DNA from: Trichoplax adhaerens
Taxonomy: Eukaryota; Animalia; Placozoa
Direction of reading: 5' to 3'
Length of the DNA: 64,000 bases
Assembly (NCBI RefSeq): GCF_000150275.1
Contig: NW_002060944.1
Span: forward strand, 6,919,102 to 6,983,101
A program made the position numbers and the translations under genes. Positions 1 through 14,700 of this stretch are shown in pieces. Each line of letters starts with the position of its first letter. Position 1 is the stretch's first letter. The notes under the pieces were generated by a model. It was not told the DNA's origin. It saw nothing but the letters and a program-made list of their open reading frames with translations, and ran no database searches.

Positions 1-214
1 ATCACGACAAATCCACTGTAAATCCTTTGAAGTAGAGACGAAGTTGCCTATTCTCGCTACAACACAAACCAACAAAGTCTCCGTAAACTACCTCCTGAAC
101 AAACTGTTGCTAGTATTGCCTTATTCTCTGTCATCGATCTCCGAAAAGGTTAACCATTTTTATCCCTGAAAAAAGTCCCTAGTCTAGCATCAACCACCAT
201 CATAAGCTACCCTA

Positions 215-684
215 CTACCATAGAGAAGCCCGGCCTTGTGGGTCTTTCATGCACGGTAGGATGGCTAGGGCATCGCTGTGAATATTATACGGGTGTATAC
301 GAGTGTTTGCATACAAAACCATGCTACGATTACTTGGTAAGGAAACATGTCCATCATTAAATCCATTCTTTCCGTCTCCATTACGGCCAACATGGATCAA
401 ATATCTTTCATACCGTTGTAAGATGGCTTTCAACGATTTGACGTGCTGAGAAAAAGTATTTATTGACTTCTGTAGTATTTACTTTAATAGAGTAAATTTG
501 ATTTCATTATGCAATCCAACCGGAAAAGAGTAAATTGGGGAATTCATTGCATACTGCCATTGAAAAAATTTTTTCTCATCAATGTTCACTTAACCTTGTC
601 AACATTTCTAGCTTGAGGACTATAGAATCCAATCCAACTCAGGAAACATTTTACTCTATTACCGCTATATGTGATCCTGACCAT
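215..684 (-). CDS. Possible small two-exon ORF of unknown function, divergent from TRPA paralog A
   Basis: Exon 690-595 (96 nt, AG/GT-bounded, ATG at 684) joins in phase 0 to exon 445-215 (77 codons, relatively GC-rich). No recognisable family. Confidence 0.25.
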
Positions 685-1011
685 TTCAGTCTATGAATTG
701 AAAAGATTCATTTAACAAACGTTGTAACTTTTCAAGCGCCATTTTCCAAGTTTTGAAATTGTCAGTGAAATCTCCTTTACAAAGGGATTTTCAAGCATTC
801 CATAACTATCCCAATAGTCATCTACTGTAAACATCAGTCAATCCAACTGCAATAGAGCTATGAAAAATTCTTGGTCACTGCAGTCAGCCATTGACTAACT
901 AATTGTTATAATAATTAATTATTATTAAATTCATTTAGGATATTCAACAACATTTCAATATTATTCATTGGTTCCTGGCTTCTAGACGACAAAATCATAG
1001 TTCATTCAGTC

Positions 1012-4000
1012 ATGAATCCAGGTGATCAAAAACAAATCGAATTAACTGTCAGAAATCCTGGCATCACTAATCGTAAACAAGGCCGTAAGAAAAATGACGA
1101 TGAAAGACCTGGACGCAAGAACACTACCACTGGTATTTCCACTAACATCTATCAGGTCAGACATTAGAAATTAGTTTGTAAAGGATATCCGATTTTTGTT
1201 TACTTATTCTGCATTAGTAAGGAGTACATGGAATGACCTACCTACCTACTGTACTTGGCCTTTTAAAATACACGTCGACGGCATATTATTTCGTTCTGGT
1301 TTCTGCATGAACAATCGTCAAATTTTCAAGAAATATTTTAATCATTAGTAATTACTTCAATAGTACTCTATTTCTGGAAGAAGAGATTGTTTTCCCCTCT
1401 CCTTTATAAATGGGTTAGGAATTTTGCGATACGGTAGATTAGAAAGATAGAGATAATAATTGTTTAAAAAATAGTCTTTCAAGTGGAGTAATAATAAAAT
1501 TATTTAAGAGTCCAGACTGTACGTGCACACGAACTATCACAAGTAGAATAATCTAGTTGTCGAATGTAAAGTAAAAGGTACAAGCATAGTAAGCGTACAC
1601 GAAGTATAACGAACGAGGGATAAACTAGTATTTATAATTTTAAAGATCAGCAGTGATGCATTTATCCCTCTTCATATTATCGGCATTGATCGTTGATTGG
1701 TAGGCTTAGATTACTGCTTTGGGAAAAGTTCCTTGCTTGTCTTCTTTATAAATAGATCAATCATTTTATGATATTGTCCATTAAAATGATAGAATCAATG
1801 TCGTCTACAGTTGATAGACCTATGATAACCCTAATCCTAACCTTATACAGTACATCCATTTTAATTCACTTCAAATTGGAAGCATTTATTGCCGATTATT
1901 TATTAATAAATGGATCAGTAATTCCAACTTTATACTGTCTATTATTCTGAAAGATAGATGTAAGGAAGAGGTAAGTAATTAGCAACGAGATTGTTCCATC
2001 TCATAGTGTTTTCGGTAGGCCAAGTTACTCTCTCGAACTATACCAAAAACAACACCCCCAACTTTTCATACCTGTGCTGTATAGCTTGGATTTACAGAGG
2101 TTATCCAACAAGTTGACAGTCTACTGTCATAATAATAAAACATTCATAAATAACCATTACTGTATTGTTGATAACTTTTGATAGGTTGCATCTGTTGGAG
2201 ATTGCGATACAATGCGAAATCTTCTTGACGACATTGAAGATATTAATATATGTAATAAAGATGGTTACTCCGTTATGCATTATGCCACTCGATATAATCG
2301 ACACCGTATGATCGAATTACTACTTGAGCGCAGTGCAGGTATTTCAAGTTTAAAACATATTTGTAAACGTCTATATATTGATTGACCTACGTATATATTT
2401 GATTGCTTCACTATCTCACTCCATTAGATGTTAATGTTGATGGCGATGATGGTATGAAGCCTTTGCATGTTGCTGCAAAGCATAACGCTGTAGCAGCTAT
2501 TAAAACACTATTATCCAAAGGAGCAGTAATTGACGCTGAAAATAAATATGGCAATACAGCTTTATATATTGCTGCAAGACGAGGAAACTTGGAGATATGC
2601 GAAGTAACTATATAACGATGCATTTATACTAATACGAGTATACTCACATGTGTTCATAGCTCAGTGATGAAATTTAACTATTATAACAAGAGTTGTAATG
2701 TGCAAAGTAACTGTATAATGATATATTTACATGATCGCTTGCTAGATGTATCCGTAGCTTAATACGTTCACCATTATTACAAGAATTTTTATGGATAACC
2801 ATAGCTTTGAAATCTAATCTTACAGTAATTGGGCGTCCTTAAAACTTATTTTTCTATCACAACCCCTCGGTACAGTAGACTGTTTATTATCCACTATCGT
2901 AATAACATCTCTAGCGGTTATGTTAAATTAACAATTGGTCTTGGCACCATAATCATTTGCGCTAAATCTGATTTAAAAAGCAAGAAACATCGTATTGAAT
3001 AGCTATAATATGCGGAAACACTTCATGTAAAATTATGCCCTAGGATTAATAAATTTCAAGACTAAGATTTCTGCTGTTGTAAATACAGTATAGTAGCCTT
3101 AAACAAGTAAGAAAGCGAAAAATTATAAAATTTAAATACTTACTTGCAATTTTTATTCCATAATAGCTTTTAACCTCGAATAATGCCGATGTCAATCATC
3201 CTGATCGAGATCAAGCAATTCCTCTCCATGCGGCTGCTATGAATGGCAATGTTGACGTTTTTAAGTTACTGGTTTGTGATGTTGTCAGTCCTCCGACTTT
3301 TAGTGTAAGCCATGCCTCACTGAATATGCCTTGTTGCTGCTATTACACACTTATAGTTACTGAAGAATGCAAATATTTTTACCGAAGCTTCCGATGGAGA
3401 AACGCCTCTACATTACGCGGCTGTATCTGGGCGATCTAAAATCATGTCTTATGTACTGGCCAACGGTACTATACGAGTATATCGCAAAACTTTAGATTTT
3501 ATACATTAGCCCTAGTTATATTATATCCTATAAGTTAAGTATATTAAAAAATGTTTTTTACACCATGGATACTGATCATTATTTTATGCAATTCTTTTTA
3601 GCTAATTTGTGCAACTCTACTCCTTCTAAGCTACTTTCCTTAACGGATGGTTCTCAAGCCACAATATTGCATCGAGCAGTAGAAGGCGGCGATTTAGAGG
3701 TAGCCCATTAATTAATTTGACATCATCCATAATTTAGATATTTTTATAGAAGTTCATGTTATGTAGTGTTTCACTAATAATGTATAAAATAAGAATGGTA
3801 TATGCTAACTACTATAAAAAAATCAAGTCCCTCACGCCAAAACTACTCTATATCTTCTGTATTTGCGTCAAATAAGTAATGTACTCATACTTATATAGTT
3901 ATTAGTATTTGGTCAGATAATTTCGGATTAGTTTTATGAATTTTTCGACATTACTACTCCAATGTTGTATCAATATGATTAGTTAAAAAGAACGCTTATA

Positions 4001-7000
4001 GAACAATATTAACATCGATGATTCTGAATATATCCACCGTAGATATTAATTTGTATCTCAATGTGCCTTAATGTCACTAAAAGCTTTATTCCTTGATATC
4101 TGTAAAACTTTCTAGACTGTCCGTGTTTGCCTCGATTTTTCAGCATCTGTAAATGCTCAAATGGTAATTCAAGCTCAAAATATTACTTTTATGATATCGC
4201 ATAGGAATTTCAACTTTGACCACGTAGCGTAAATGTTAGATGTAATAAGGTAGTCGTTCTTCATCGCCGTCTATTGTAGGAAAACGCTTTAACCCCTTTG
4301 CATCTGGCTGCTCATAGTGGTTACGCAGATATTGTTTATATCTTGATACAAAACGATGCTGTAGCAAACAGCTATGATGGTGATCGCAGAATTCCTTTAC
4401 ATAGTGCGGTCCTATCCAATAATTCTGATACGATTAAATGTTTAATTGCTAATGGCGGCGATGTCAACTATCGAGATGGCGATCATTTCACACCGTTGCT
4501 TTTAGCTTGTGCTAGCGGACTTCGTACAGCCACTGAATGTCTAATCTCCTTAGATGCGGATATATTTACAACCGATAAGCATGAGAGAACTTGCCTCCAT
4601 CTATCCATCTTGTCACGCCAGTATGATATCCTTCACTACCTAATGTCGGTAATTGCGGAAAAACAATACATACGCTATTGCAAAATCGCCCTAATCGAGT
4701 TTTAATTGATATCTACAAATAGCGATCTCCTAAAATTTCAAGAAATTCTCAATATCTAATTTTCTATCAATTGTTCCTAGACTGATGCTAGCAATTTGGT
4801 TAATGCCGCTGATAGAAAAGGTTTAACACCGCTGCACTATGCCGCAAGACTTGGTAGTATTCGGGTTCGCAAAACTTTAATGATTACTGTACATTTCTAG
4901 AAATCTAATAAATACATCCAAGTATCTTAGTTATTGAATCTTAATATTGCTATTGATATAATAATTGACTTGCTTAAATTATCATTTTATTGTTTATAGG
5001 CGATCACAGAATTAGTCGAAGGAGGATGTAATATTACACTCACTGACGATGAAGATTACTCAGCTGTTCATTATGCAGCTAAGTATGTATTTTTATGATT
5101 GAAAACAAGAGAATGTATGATAGGATACGTAATATCAGTATCTTGCATTAGTAGTACGTAGAATTAAACTAAGTGAGATGTAGTGGACTCGATGGTGCAA
5201 AGTAACGGTACAATGTTGTAAACTATGACATTTCGAGTAAGCATTGATAAATTAATCTTACTTATTTAGAGAAGGGCATGTCAGCTGTGTGGAATATTTG
5301 GTTAGTGTTACGCCAAGTACTGCTAACGGCCGAGACGCCCTCGGGCAAACACCACTTCATTTAAGTGCAAAGAATGGTTTCGCTAGCGTTATTGAATTGC
5401 TGATTTTATTAGGATCCGATGTAAGCAGTAGGTGAGTGATCTTTTCAGTGAGTTAAGAATTTTTAATGTCAGTGTTTTATTCTGTGTTGTTGTTTTGCTA
5501 TTCAACCTTTGATTAAATTATCGTAATAATATGCTCATGTTGAAAACAAGATAGCTATTTTAATTCTTGATTTATTATGGCAGAGACGATTCTTTATGGA
5601 CACCTTTAATGCATGCAGCCGCCAATGGCCATCTGCAAGAACTAAAATTGTTACTTGAGAAAAACTCGGCTATAAATGATCAAGATAAAAATCAGGTATG
5701 AGTTATAACATCGTTCATGACACCAGCGTATTACAGATTTACTTAAGAAGCATTCTAACTAAGCTTAATGTCGATGATGTTGTCACGAGCGATGATGTTT
5801 ATCATATTTTACTTGTAGTAATGACAATTATCGTAGAAGATAAATACTATTATTTAGTGTACAAGAACTGCAAGCGTTTGCAAGACAGTCTATTTAATCA
5901 TTAAGAAAGTTTCAAATTAGTAACAAAAGTTTAATTAGGAGTGTTTGAAACAATAATTCTTAAAATTTTGATGCTACTAAGGATAGATTTCATTAAAATA
6001 GTTAATTTTGATAACCTTATACCTTAATATTTAATAACAATAATTATAATCGTGCTCTAAGAGTGAAAGTAATGACTAGGTCTAACAATATTTAGTGATA
6101 TAGTAGAAAAATATTTGCCGTATTAAGTATGCAGGTAAAGGTAGTTTTCTCCTACATACATCTAGCTTTATCTCATGAATAGCTGAATCAAAGATTCTCG
6201 CATATTGTATTTCTATATATTAGAAGTGAGAAATAAATTTTAGCACTAAAATATTTCTCGTATAAAGTCATTGATAAATGATATATATATATATTATTAA
6301 AACATTTGTTACAGAATACGGTATTGCATCTCGCTGCTATTTATGGTCATACAGATGTCCTACAATATCTGATGGATCAAGGAGCAGATATTTTGCTTAC
6401 TAATCATAATGGTAAAACTTGCCTAGACGTAGCTATTGACAATTCACAAAACGACGTTGCTGTAGCTATTATCAAACATCGTAGGTATGCTACTATAGGC
6501 AGCTAATGATTAATAAGACTACCGCATATAGCTATCACAGTTCATAACTCTATATCGTTATTATTTTGAATGAAGCGCTCTTCTTTACTCATGATAGCTT
6601 AAATTACGTTATCGTTGTTAATTTCTGTATTTTAACTTACCGTAATACTCATTATTTAGATGGACTGATTTGCTAAACCGGAAAAATGAATATGGTGAAC
6701 CTGTCATGCAAAAGTTAATTCGATTCTTACCAGATGCTGCACAGGTTTTCATTCTTTCTATTTATTGACATTGATTAGTAAAATTTGTTTAAATAATGAT
6801 AAATTTGTTCTCATAATTTTGTTAGGCTGTCATGGATCGATGTGTCGAGCGGGAATATGACCGAGATCATCCAGACCATACGGTATTCGTCAGAAATTTT
6901 CGATATATTGTAAACGAGAGTTAACTAACGATCAATTATTAAACTTATAAATTTATACATACCATTTTTTTGGTTCTCAATTGCATTTAATAAATAGATT

Positions 7001-10000
7001 ACTTTTAAATTTCAATTTATCGATCCTTTACCGGATCAAACCGGCAAGCGTTTTGCTGGACTAACGGTAAGAAGTGTATTCACCCCCTACTTAAAAAAAC
7101 TTAAAATATAGATGTACCTAAAGAATATTGAACCCTTGAAGTTTGTAATTGAATATATTACATAAAAACACTCTCAATCTTGAATACATTCTGAGTCCGT
7201 TAGTTGCGTATCTCTTCCAATGCCAAAGTATAAAGTATATTGCAAATTTTATAAAAATTTACGTGTACAGCACTCGGTCTTACGTATGATATGAATTCCG
7301 TAGAGTAATCATTAAACATTCCGTACTTTCATCACATATTTTTGTTTAGACGTAACTACTGCATCCAAAAATAAGCAAATTTCCTTCATTTTCTTAAACT
7401 TTAATTAGGATATGGCTAAATACGGGAGAGAGACATTATTAAGTCATCCTTTGGCAATGCAGCTCATCCAACTGAAATGGTAACATAAAAAATTCGATTC
7501 CTTGATTTATCATAGATTCAGTATTTGCAGCAGATAGCAGCTTGCTTTACACCGTAGCTAACTACATATTGCAAATACTGATTTTTCTATTTTAATGAAC
7601 AGGGAAATATTTGGAAGAAACTTATATTATTTGAATATGCTTGCCTACATCACATATCTTACTTTATTAACCATTTATTCCGTTATATCGATTCAAATTA
7701 CTCCATATCAAATCCGATTGCAGGTAAATTACGACAATTGATCCATCTATATTTCGTAATATGAAATATTAAGTAGGCGCTTTAAAATCTTACAGAATAT
7801 TTATTAAGAGTACTAATTAGAATCAAATACAATCTAAGGTTCACAACTGATAGTGATTATTATTGTCAAATAATAAATTTTATAAATTTTAATGCTACCT
7901 AGTATCAATTCATGTTCTCATATTGTAAATTTTTGCTTCCTTTTGTAGCCCGATACCCTTCTGATCGTCTTTCAGATCCTCATTGGTTCCTTAGCTATAA
8001 TAGGAATATTTAAAGAAACTATTCAGCTGATACAAATGGTAAATAGAAGAAATATTTTTATCCCAGTTACTTATATTAATAACAGCTAGAAAAGTATGAA
8101 ATATATAAGTATATGGGTGTATGCTAAGTAACTAATTTAAGGAGTTCCTTGAGTGATTTCTGTTTCTGTTCACCATTCTTGCTTCAATATAATGCTACCT
8201 TAAGTGATCGTAGTTTAACCTTGTACAGCAAATTACATGCAGCAGTTGTAACGTTATTGCGCCCTCCTTATCGACTGAATCTATCAATTTTGCATTATTG
8301 GCCGTATTATTTAATCAAGTTACCGGCATACATCTTAGTTCAATCTGATGTGAAAAGAGTTTGCTTGTAAATTCTAACTGTATGAATAATCCAAGAGTTT
8401 TCCAATTGATACAAGTTAATTTTGAATATTTATTATTTTTCGCTAACAGAGGTTAAACTACATCGAATGGATAAATATCTTAGATTGGATTTGCTACGTT
8501 ACCGCTATTGTTTTCATTTTTCCTTCGTGGCTATCTACAGCAAAACTTATATGTTTCCAAACTGATGTTATATGCAATGCAAGCGATTACGGCCAATATA
8601 TTGTCGGAGGGCTACCTATTGAGTACTGGCAAGTTGTATCAGGAGCGATAGCTATTCTAACGGGCTGGGTTAATATGCTACTCTTTCTTCAACGGTAGGT
8701 AGATGATTATGAGTAATTCACTATGCAAAGCTTACTCTAAAATCGATCCTAAGAATTAGCCAAACTTTTTCGCTGCTCACGTCTTTTGATATTTTTTGTT
8801 AATCCATAAATCCAAAAATTAGTAATTAATTGTAAAGGTGACGTCCTATCTTTGTATTTAGGATAGTTGTAACACTATTACCATATATGTAGCAGAATGC
8901 AATTTATTGCAAATTTGGTATATTTTTGAGATAGTATATTCAACACCTATGTATTCCCTTACGAATTATATTTCGATAACTTACAGGTATTCGTACGGTG
9001 TTTACATCGTAATGTTTACAACTATACTTGGTGGAGTACTCAAGGTAAGCTAAATATCTAAATCGAATATTGATAGAATTACATTCATTTTAATCGACTA
9101 TTAAGTTGGTTATTGAAACTTATTCGCATCATGCTAGGTTTTACTCGTATATTCATTCATGGTAATAGCGTTTGCCCTAGGTTTCCATATGATCATGCAA
9201 AATCAAGTACGTAATCTTTTTTATCTTACTGAACAAGCCATTATTGGTTTCTTCTTCACTCTACTAATTAATTTAAATGAGCGTAGGCAAAATATTGCCA
9301 ATGTAAAGCGAAGCAACCCTCTCTATCATCACTATGATGTTTGTTGTCTTAAAGTTATCCTTTATAAGAGTACTTTTTCGAATAAACTTTCACACTTTTA
9401 ATTGAGTAGTGATATATCCTCTATCTTTTTGAATAGAATTCATTCAAGCGAGTAGATATTGCCATCGTTAGATGTTTCGTAATGATGATTGGAGAAATAG
9501 ATTATGAGAAAGATTTCTTCGTTACCATCCAAACATACATGAAAACTCAGCCGTTATTTGCTGTTGCTTTGGTCGGCTTCTTGATTGCTTTCTGCATTTT
9601 AATGACAATTGTATTAATGAATCTTATGGTATGAAGTCGCCCTTTCTCTATCTCTATTCTTTGTTTTTTTGTTATTCAAGCACCATTTCGAATTAAAGTC
9701 GTCTAATATTTTCAAATCAGGTTGGTTTAGCTATTGGTGACATTGAACAGATTCGAAGTGAGGCTGGAATAAAAATGCTTACACGTCAGGTATTAAATGT
9801 AAAATAATATAATTGAAAAAATCTATGCCAGTGTTGGCTAAATTATTTTCTGCTTAATATAAGAATTAGTATTGGCAGAATGCAATCTTTGAAATATGAT
9901 GTGAAAAGCTAAATCTAGCTACTTCGCATGCTCGTAATCATATTTGCTATTGATGAAATTATAAATTTGTTAGCCTTTCTCGAACTGTCATGTAATACAG

Positions 10001-11766
10001 TATTGCAAATAAACCGTAATACGTGTATACATAAACAATGAAAAGGACTGGACTTATATTGGAATTAAATTCATACATCCTTTATCCCTTCATTTAAGCA
10101 AATATTAAATATATTAACCTTTTATATTATGTAAAATTTACAAAAATTATACACACTGTAAAGCGTTGATTTATATCTGGTTAATTTGTATTTAAACATT
10201 AACGCGAACAAACTTGCTAAGTAAATTAGAAGATGCTATTTCATTATTGGTTAAAATATTCTCATTGTTTAGGCTTGCAATCAAACAAACTGGACCGTAA
10301 TCAATTACGTCTTTAACTGTTTCACTTGTTTCTAGATTAATTACATACACGCAATCGAAGCTAAAATGCCTCGCAGCCTCAGAAAACGATTTCATCGTTT
10401 ATCCTGCACAATTAAGCCAAATTCGCCGGTATCTTCAGTAAGTCGATAATATTTCATGGCACGATTTGGTATTGATCGTATAATTTTATTTCTTGTACAT
10501 TTGTTTAACTGGTTGTTATGCTATATATTTTCTGCAATCGCTCACTTTTTCATATCACTTCTGTTATAATTGACAATTTAAAAATATTCTTTGGAGTTAT
10601 CCTTGCATATTTGGTGCGTTACTCAAATTTCCTTTGCATTGCGTACCTTAATATATATAATCACAACTGTAATACGCTATTTGTGTACAAATATGCTAGC
10701 CTTTGATGACCAAGCTTTATAGTTTACGTGAATTTTTATCTAAATATAGGATGTTGCTATAGTATTTTGCTTTATGTAATTTTAGCGATTTTAGTTAGCG
10801 TACTCATGCCTCTATGAGCTTTAAATTTACTTGTTACACCTGCACAATACATAACTAGGTGTGAACGTTTGAGTAGAATACTAGTTAAGCTTCAATCCAG
10901 CAATACTAATATGAACTGTTTCCTTTATAATATCTTGTTATACAGTTCTCATAATTTAGTGCATAATTCTTTCTTGGTAAAGTTAGTTAACTGGATACCG
11001 ATAGTCTGCATTATGATAATCCCTAAAATCAATTCAATGTTTAAGTAATTCTATTCCATATTTTTATGTTTAAACGCTACACTAGCACCTGTGATATTTA
11101 TATGAGATTCATACATCAGAAACTGTCGTATACTTCATTCTCTAAAGTATGCTTTTTTGGCCAGCTAACGTTAAGCGAGTGATTATGACTAAGCCGGATA
11201 GACCTTTAATTTATGGTGTACAATGTTAATGCAATGATAGGTCCGGTTATTGCTTAGGAGTCTCGAAATTACAAAAACAATTAACTTTAAAAAGAAAATA
11301 CTCTCCAGTACTAAATCCTTACTTGAAGTTGATGGACTTAGAGATATTGAAACAAATATCGATGCTGAGAAGAAAAGGTATTTAGCAAAGTGGAAATAAA
11401 TTCAATACGTCAAAATCTGCAATAAGTGCGGATCACTTAATTAATTTTGCCTTTTGAAGTATTAATTTAATTTTAAATACTTTTATGGTTAATTATAGAT
11501 TAAAAGAGTTAAAGGATCAACTCCGTCGACAAAGTGAAGTAGTAGCAGAAATAGCTAATTACCTACGATTAGATGAGGAAGATGAAGGCATGATAGAAGA
11601 AATGGTTTTGGAGAGTAGAGTAGACAACTTCACACTAAGTCCTAGGATCGATACTATTGATGGTCCGCAAAATGTTGAGGATATAGTTGGCTCTCCACCT
11701 CCTGACCAACCTCACAGTGAACCTGATGGTACAGGAGATGTTAGTGAGGAAATTGCTCGTCTGTAG
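1012..11766 (+). CDS. TRPA1: TRPA1-like ankyrin-repeat TRP cation channel, paralog A (multi-exon)
   Basis: GT-AG exons join in frame: 1012-1155 (MNPGDQKQ...), 2185-2338, 2428-2603, 3167-3271, 3357-3465, 3602-3699, 4116-4163, 4280-4648 and onward. They encode many TPLH-type ankyrin repeats, then LLSHPLAMQLIQLKW, six hydrophobic segments, a pore (VMMIGEIDY), S6/TRP-like IVLMNLM|VGLAIGDIEQIR, a coiled coil and an acidic tail ending EEIARL* at 11766. Confidence 0.92.
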
Positions 11767-14700
11767 AGATAGTATATATCGCAAGAAGGATTGTCTGAGA
11801 TTCGTATGTTTTAAAATTGGCCAAATTATCTGTAGAAGTTAAATCAACGATTTGCATCGTTATATGATTTATTCTCAGCAGCTTGTGCGACTGCTTCTCA
11901 ATCAATTTATTTTTCTACTTTTACTATCTTGTTACATAAACTATAATGGAAGTGCTAATATATATTTGAACTTATTATATCCATGACTATTTTTGTCAGT
12001 ATGCGTAAGTACTCTATATATTTAATACTGTTTATCAGTGCATATCTTGAGTAATATTTCTCTTATAGAGTTTTTCGCCTGATCGAACCTAACACTTAAC
12101 TTTATATGAAAGTTGCGCCGTACACTTATAATTGTTCAGTCGTATCAGTTATACTGTACTATATAATATATACTAATGGATTTAGCGTCAATTTTTATAA
12201 TTAATTTTCATCAGATTATAAGGGATAATTTTAAAACACTCTCATTAACCCTTGAAAGTTTATAATTTAAACTGATTGAATCTGGCATAGATTCAATTTG
12301 TGTGTTTCATTCTCCATGTACGTATTTTAATGATATAGTAATATAATGTTATCATTGATTCTTTATGATGACTTTGTTTGGTTCTAGTTGTTATAAGTTG
12401 TAATCTAATTATGTCAATGAATTTGGTATTTAAAGTTAAATGTTATAAAGACTCATTGAGATTGTTAACTTCGTCGATACCAACTGTAAAAGTAAATAAC
12501 TAACTTAAAACTTTATAATGCAATGTATACATTTGCTGATTCATTTAATTTTAATTAGAGACAGATCTTTAACAAAAATAAATGATTAATGTAGTCCGTC
12601 TAATGAGAAGACTCTTAAAAGGAAAACACTAATTAAAAATATGTAAAAGAGTACTTTTAAGTAATTACTGTATTTTTCGCGACGCGCAAGGAAAGGTTCA
12701 TCTATCACAGTGCTTGCTCATGTTGTCTTTCCTTTATATTGATGCAGAAATTAACGCTTAATGCCGGTGCTCGGACTAAAATTTTGCCAGATCAACTAGC
12801 CATCGCCATAATTGAGCTTCATAGATAGATTCATTCAGATAAAGTCTCATAGCAGCAGCTTTAAATAGCCGTTCCAGAGCATAATAACCTTTGCATAGTT
12901 AACCTATTAGACATCAGTTAGCACATGAGTTGTACAAGACTTACTGTATATTTAATATTTACCATAATGTACCTCATCAGATTTAAGCCATTTACTAATT
13001 AAGAAAGGATTCTTTCAGAAGTTTGGGTATATGTTAATACGTGTAACAAGGCAATATCCTGTATAACGTAAAAAATACGCTTTGAATGACTAATAATATA
13101 ATTTAAATGTCATAATTCGCTTAAAATTAAATAATCATATTAAAAGAGATGTTTACTCTATTAATTAGCTCCATTATATCAGAAATTCATTTATCTCTTG
13201 GTGCAACAGCAATGTAAAAAACATCTAAACTGAATATGATAAATTGGTACTATCTGCAGTCTATACTTTCGGTGCTGGAAGATCTAGAAATGATTTCAAT
13301 CCAAATCTTCAATTCGTATTGCCATATATAATAATATTTTACATCCATATTTGAAATTTTAGTGTGTCCTTTATCCAATTTTGATACTTTAAAGTAATCT
13401 CGTGATTGAATATTACTGTAGTTGCTTACAAATTATTGAAATAGTTTAAGTTTGTTCAGTTACAGTCATTAAAAGGCTTTAATTTTATCAAGATATTGTT
13501 GTTTACTGTCGGAATCTTTGATACCCAACCGCTACTGATTTCTCATTGAAATAGAATTACACCTTGCATTAATATTCTTCAGATCGTGTTATTATTGATT
13601 TAGACATCTACGTAACATTTTATTTCAAGTTACCGCATGGTTATAGACCGTGTCTTGAATAGACAATTTACCTCTAAGCTTAATCATAACCCAAAGAGAT
13701 CCAGTACTGTTTATATCATGAATATCTAAAATAGCGATTAACTTTACAAGTTTAGATAATATATCTTGTTATTAATGTATTCATCTGAACTTTGATCAGT
13801 ATGGAAGTTTGCGAGCTGAAATATATGATGATAAATGCTACTATTTTTACGAATATTTAATCAACAGTTGAAGGCTATAACGGTTATTTAAAGATTTCAT
13901 ATCCTAACCACCTATACTAGTCGAACGATTAACTATTATAAATAGTGATTAATTTTTACGCTCCCATATTTATCATACTTTCCGTTGTTTACATGTTTAC
14001 CTAAGCTTTGATAAGTTAGTAGTGAAATTTAATAAAAGTTTGTTCTTGTTGATACTAGGAGACAGTAAATACTGCCATTCAGATTGAACCAACAGCCGAA
14101 TGCCAGTTTAGCTGATGATTCTACCACTGCACTAACTTCTTGGCAAAGTCTTTTTTAAAATGCTATGACGTTTTCTTCTACGGTATTTAAAGGTCGATTA
14201 CTGCATTTCTTTGATGTTGTTATAGGTGCAAGTTGGTAAATAATAGCTAATTAGATTATCGTACTGGATTTACAAGTATTACTAGCTTCTATCGAAGTAT
14301 CGAATGTTCATAAATTTTCAAGACCACTATTTCCAGGATATGTCTGAGTATATAAAGTGTTCTATCAAAGGATCTCCGCAATACTCATCTAAGACTACTT
14401 CAATCCAAGCCTAGTAAGGGCAATACTTACAAGAATACTACCGAATGATCAACAGTCTTTGGATTACCTTTCAAGTTTGCCTGTTCAATGGAGGTAGGGC
14501 TAATATTTGTAATTAGTAATTTTAACATAAAAAGCTTAGGCCAGTTAAAGACTATTCTGTTTTTTGGGCGTAATAATAACCTGTGCAGATGGGATGGATA
14601 GAGAAATGATTTCAACTTTTCAACTTGCTCGATCTTTTAACGTCCTATTTACTTCTAGAATTAGGCTTACAATGCTATCATCCAATATTTATCATTTTCT

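Noticed and set aside
395-433. MADS-box-like 'KAILQRYERY' peptide
   Set aside because: None of the MADS core (RQVTF.KR..GL.KKA.EL) is present upstream, and the match is too short.
11755-11766. PTS1-like C-terminal ARL on TRPA paralog A
   Set aside because: PTS1 imports soluble matrix proteins and is not meaningful for a polytopic membrane channel.
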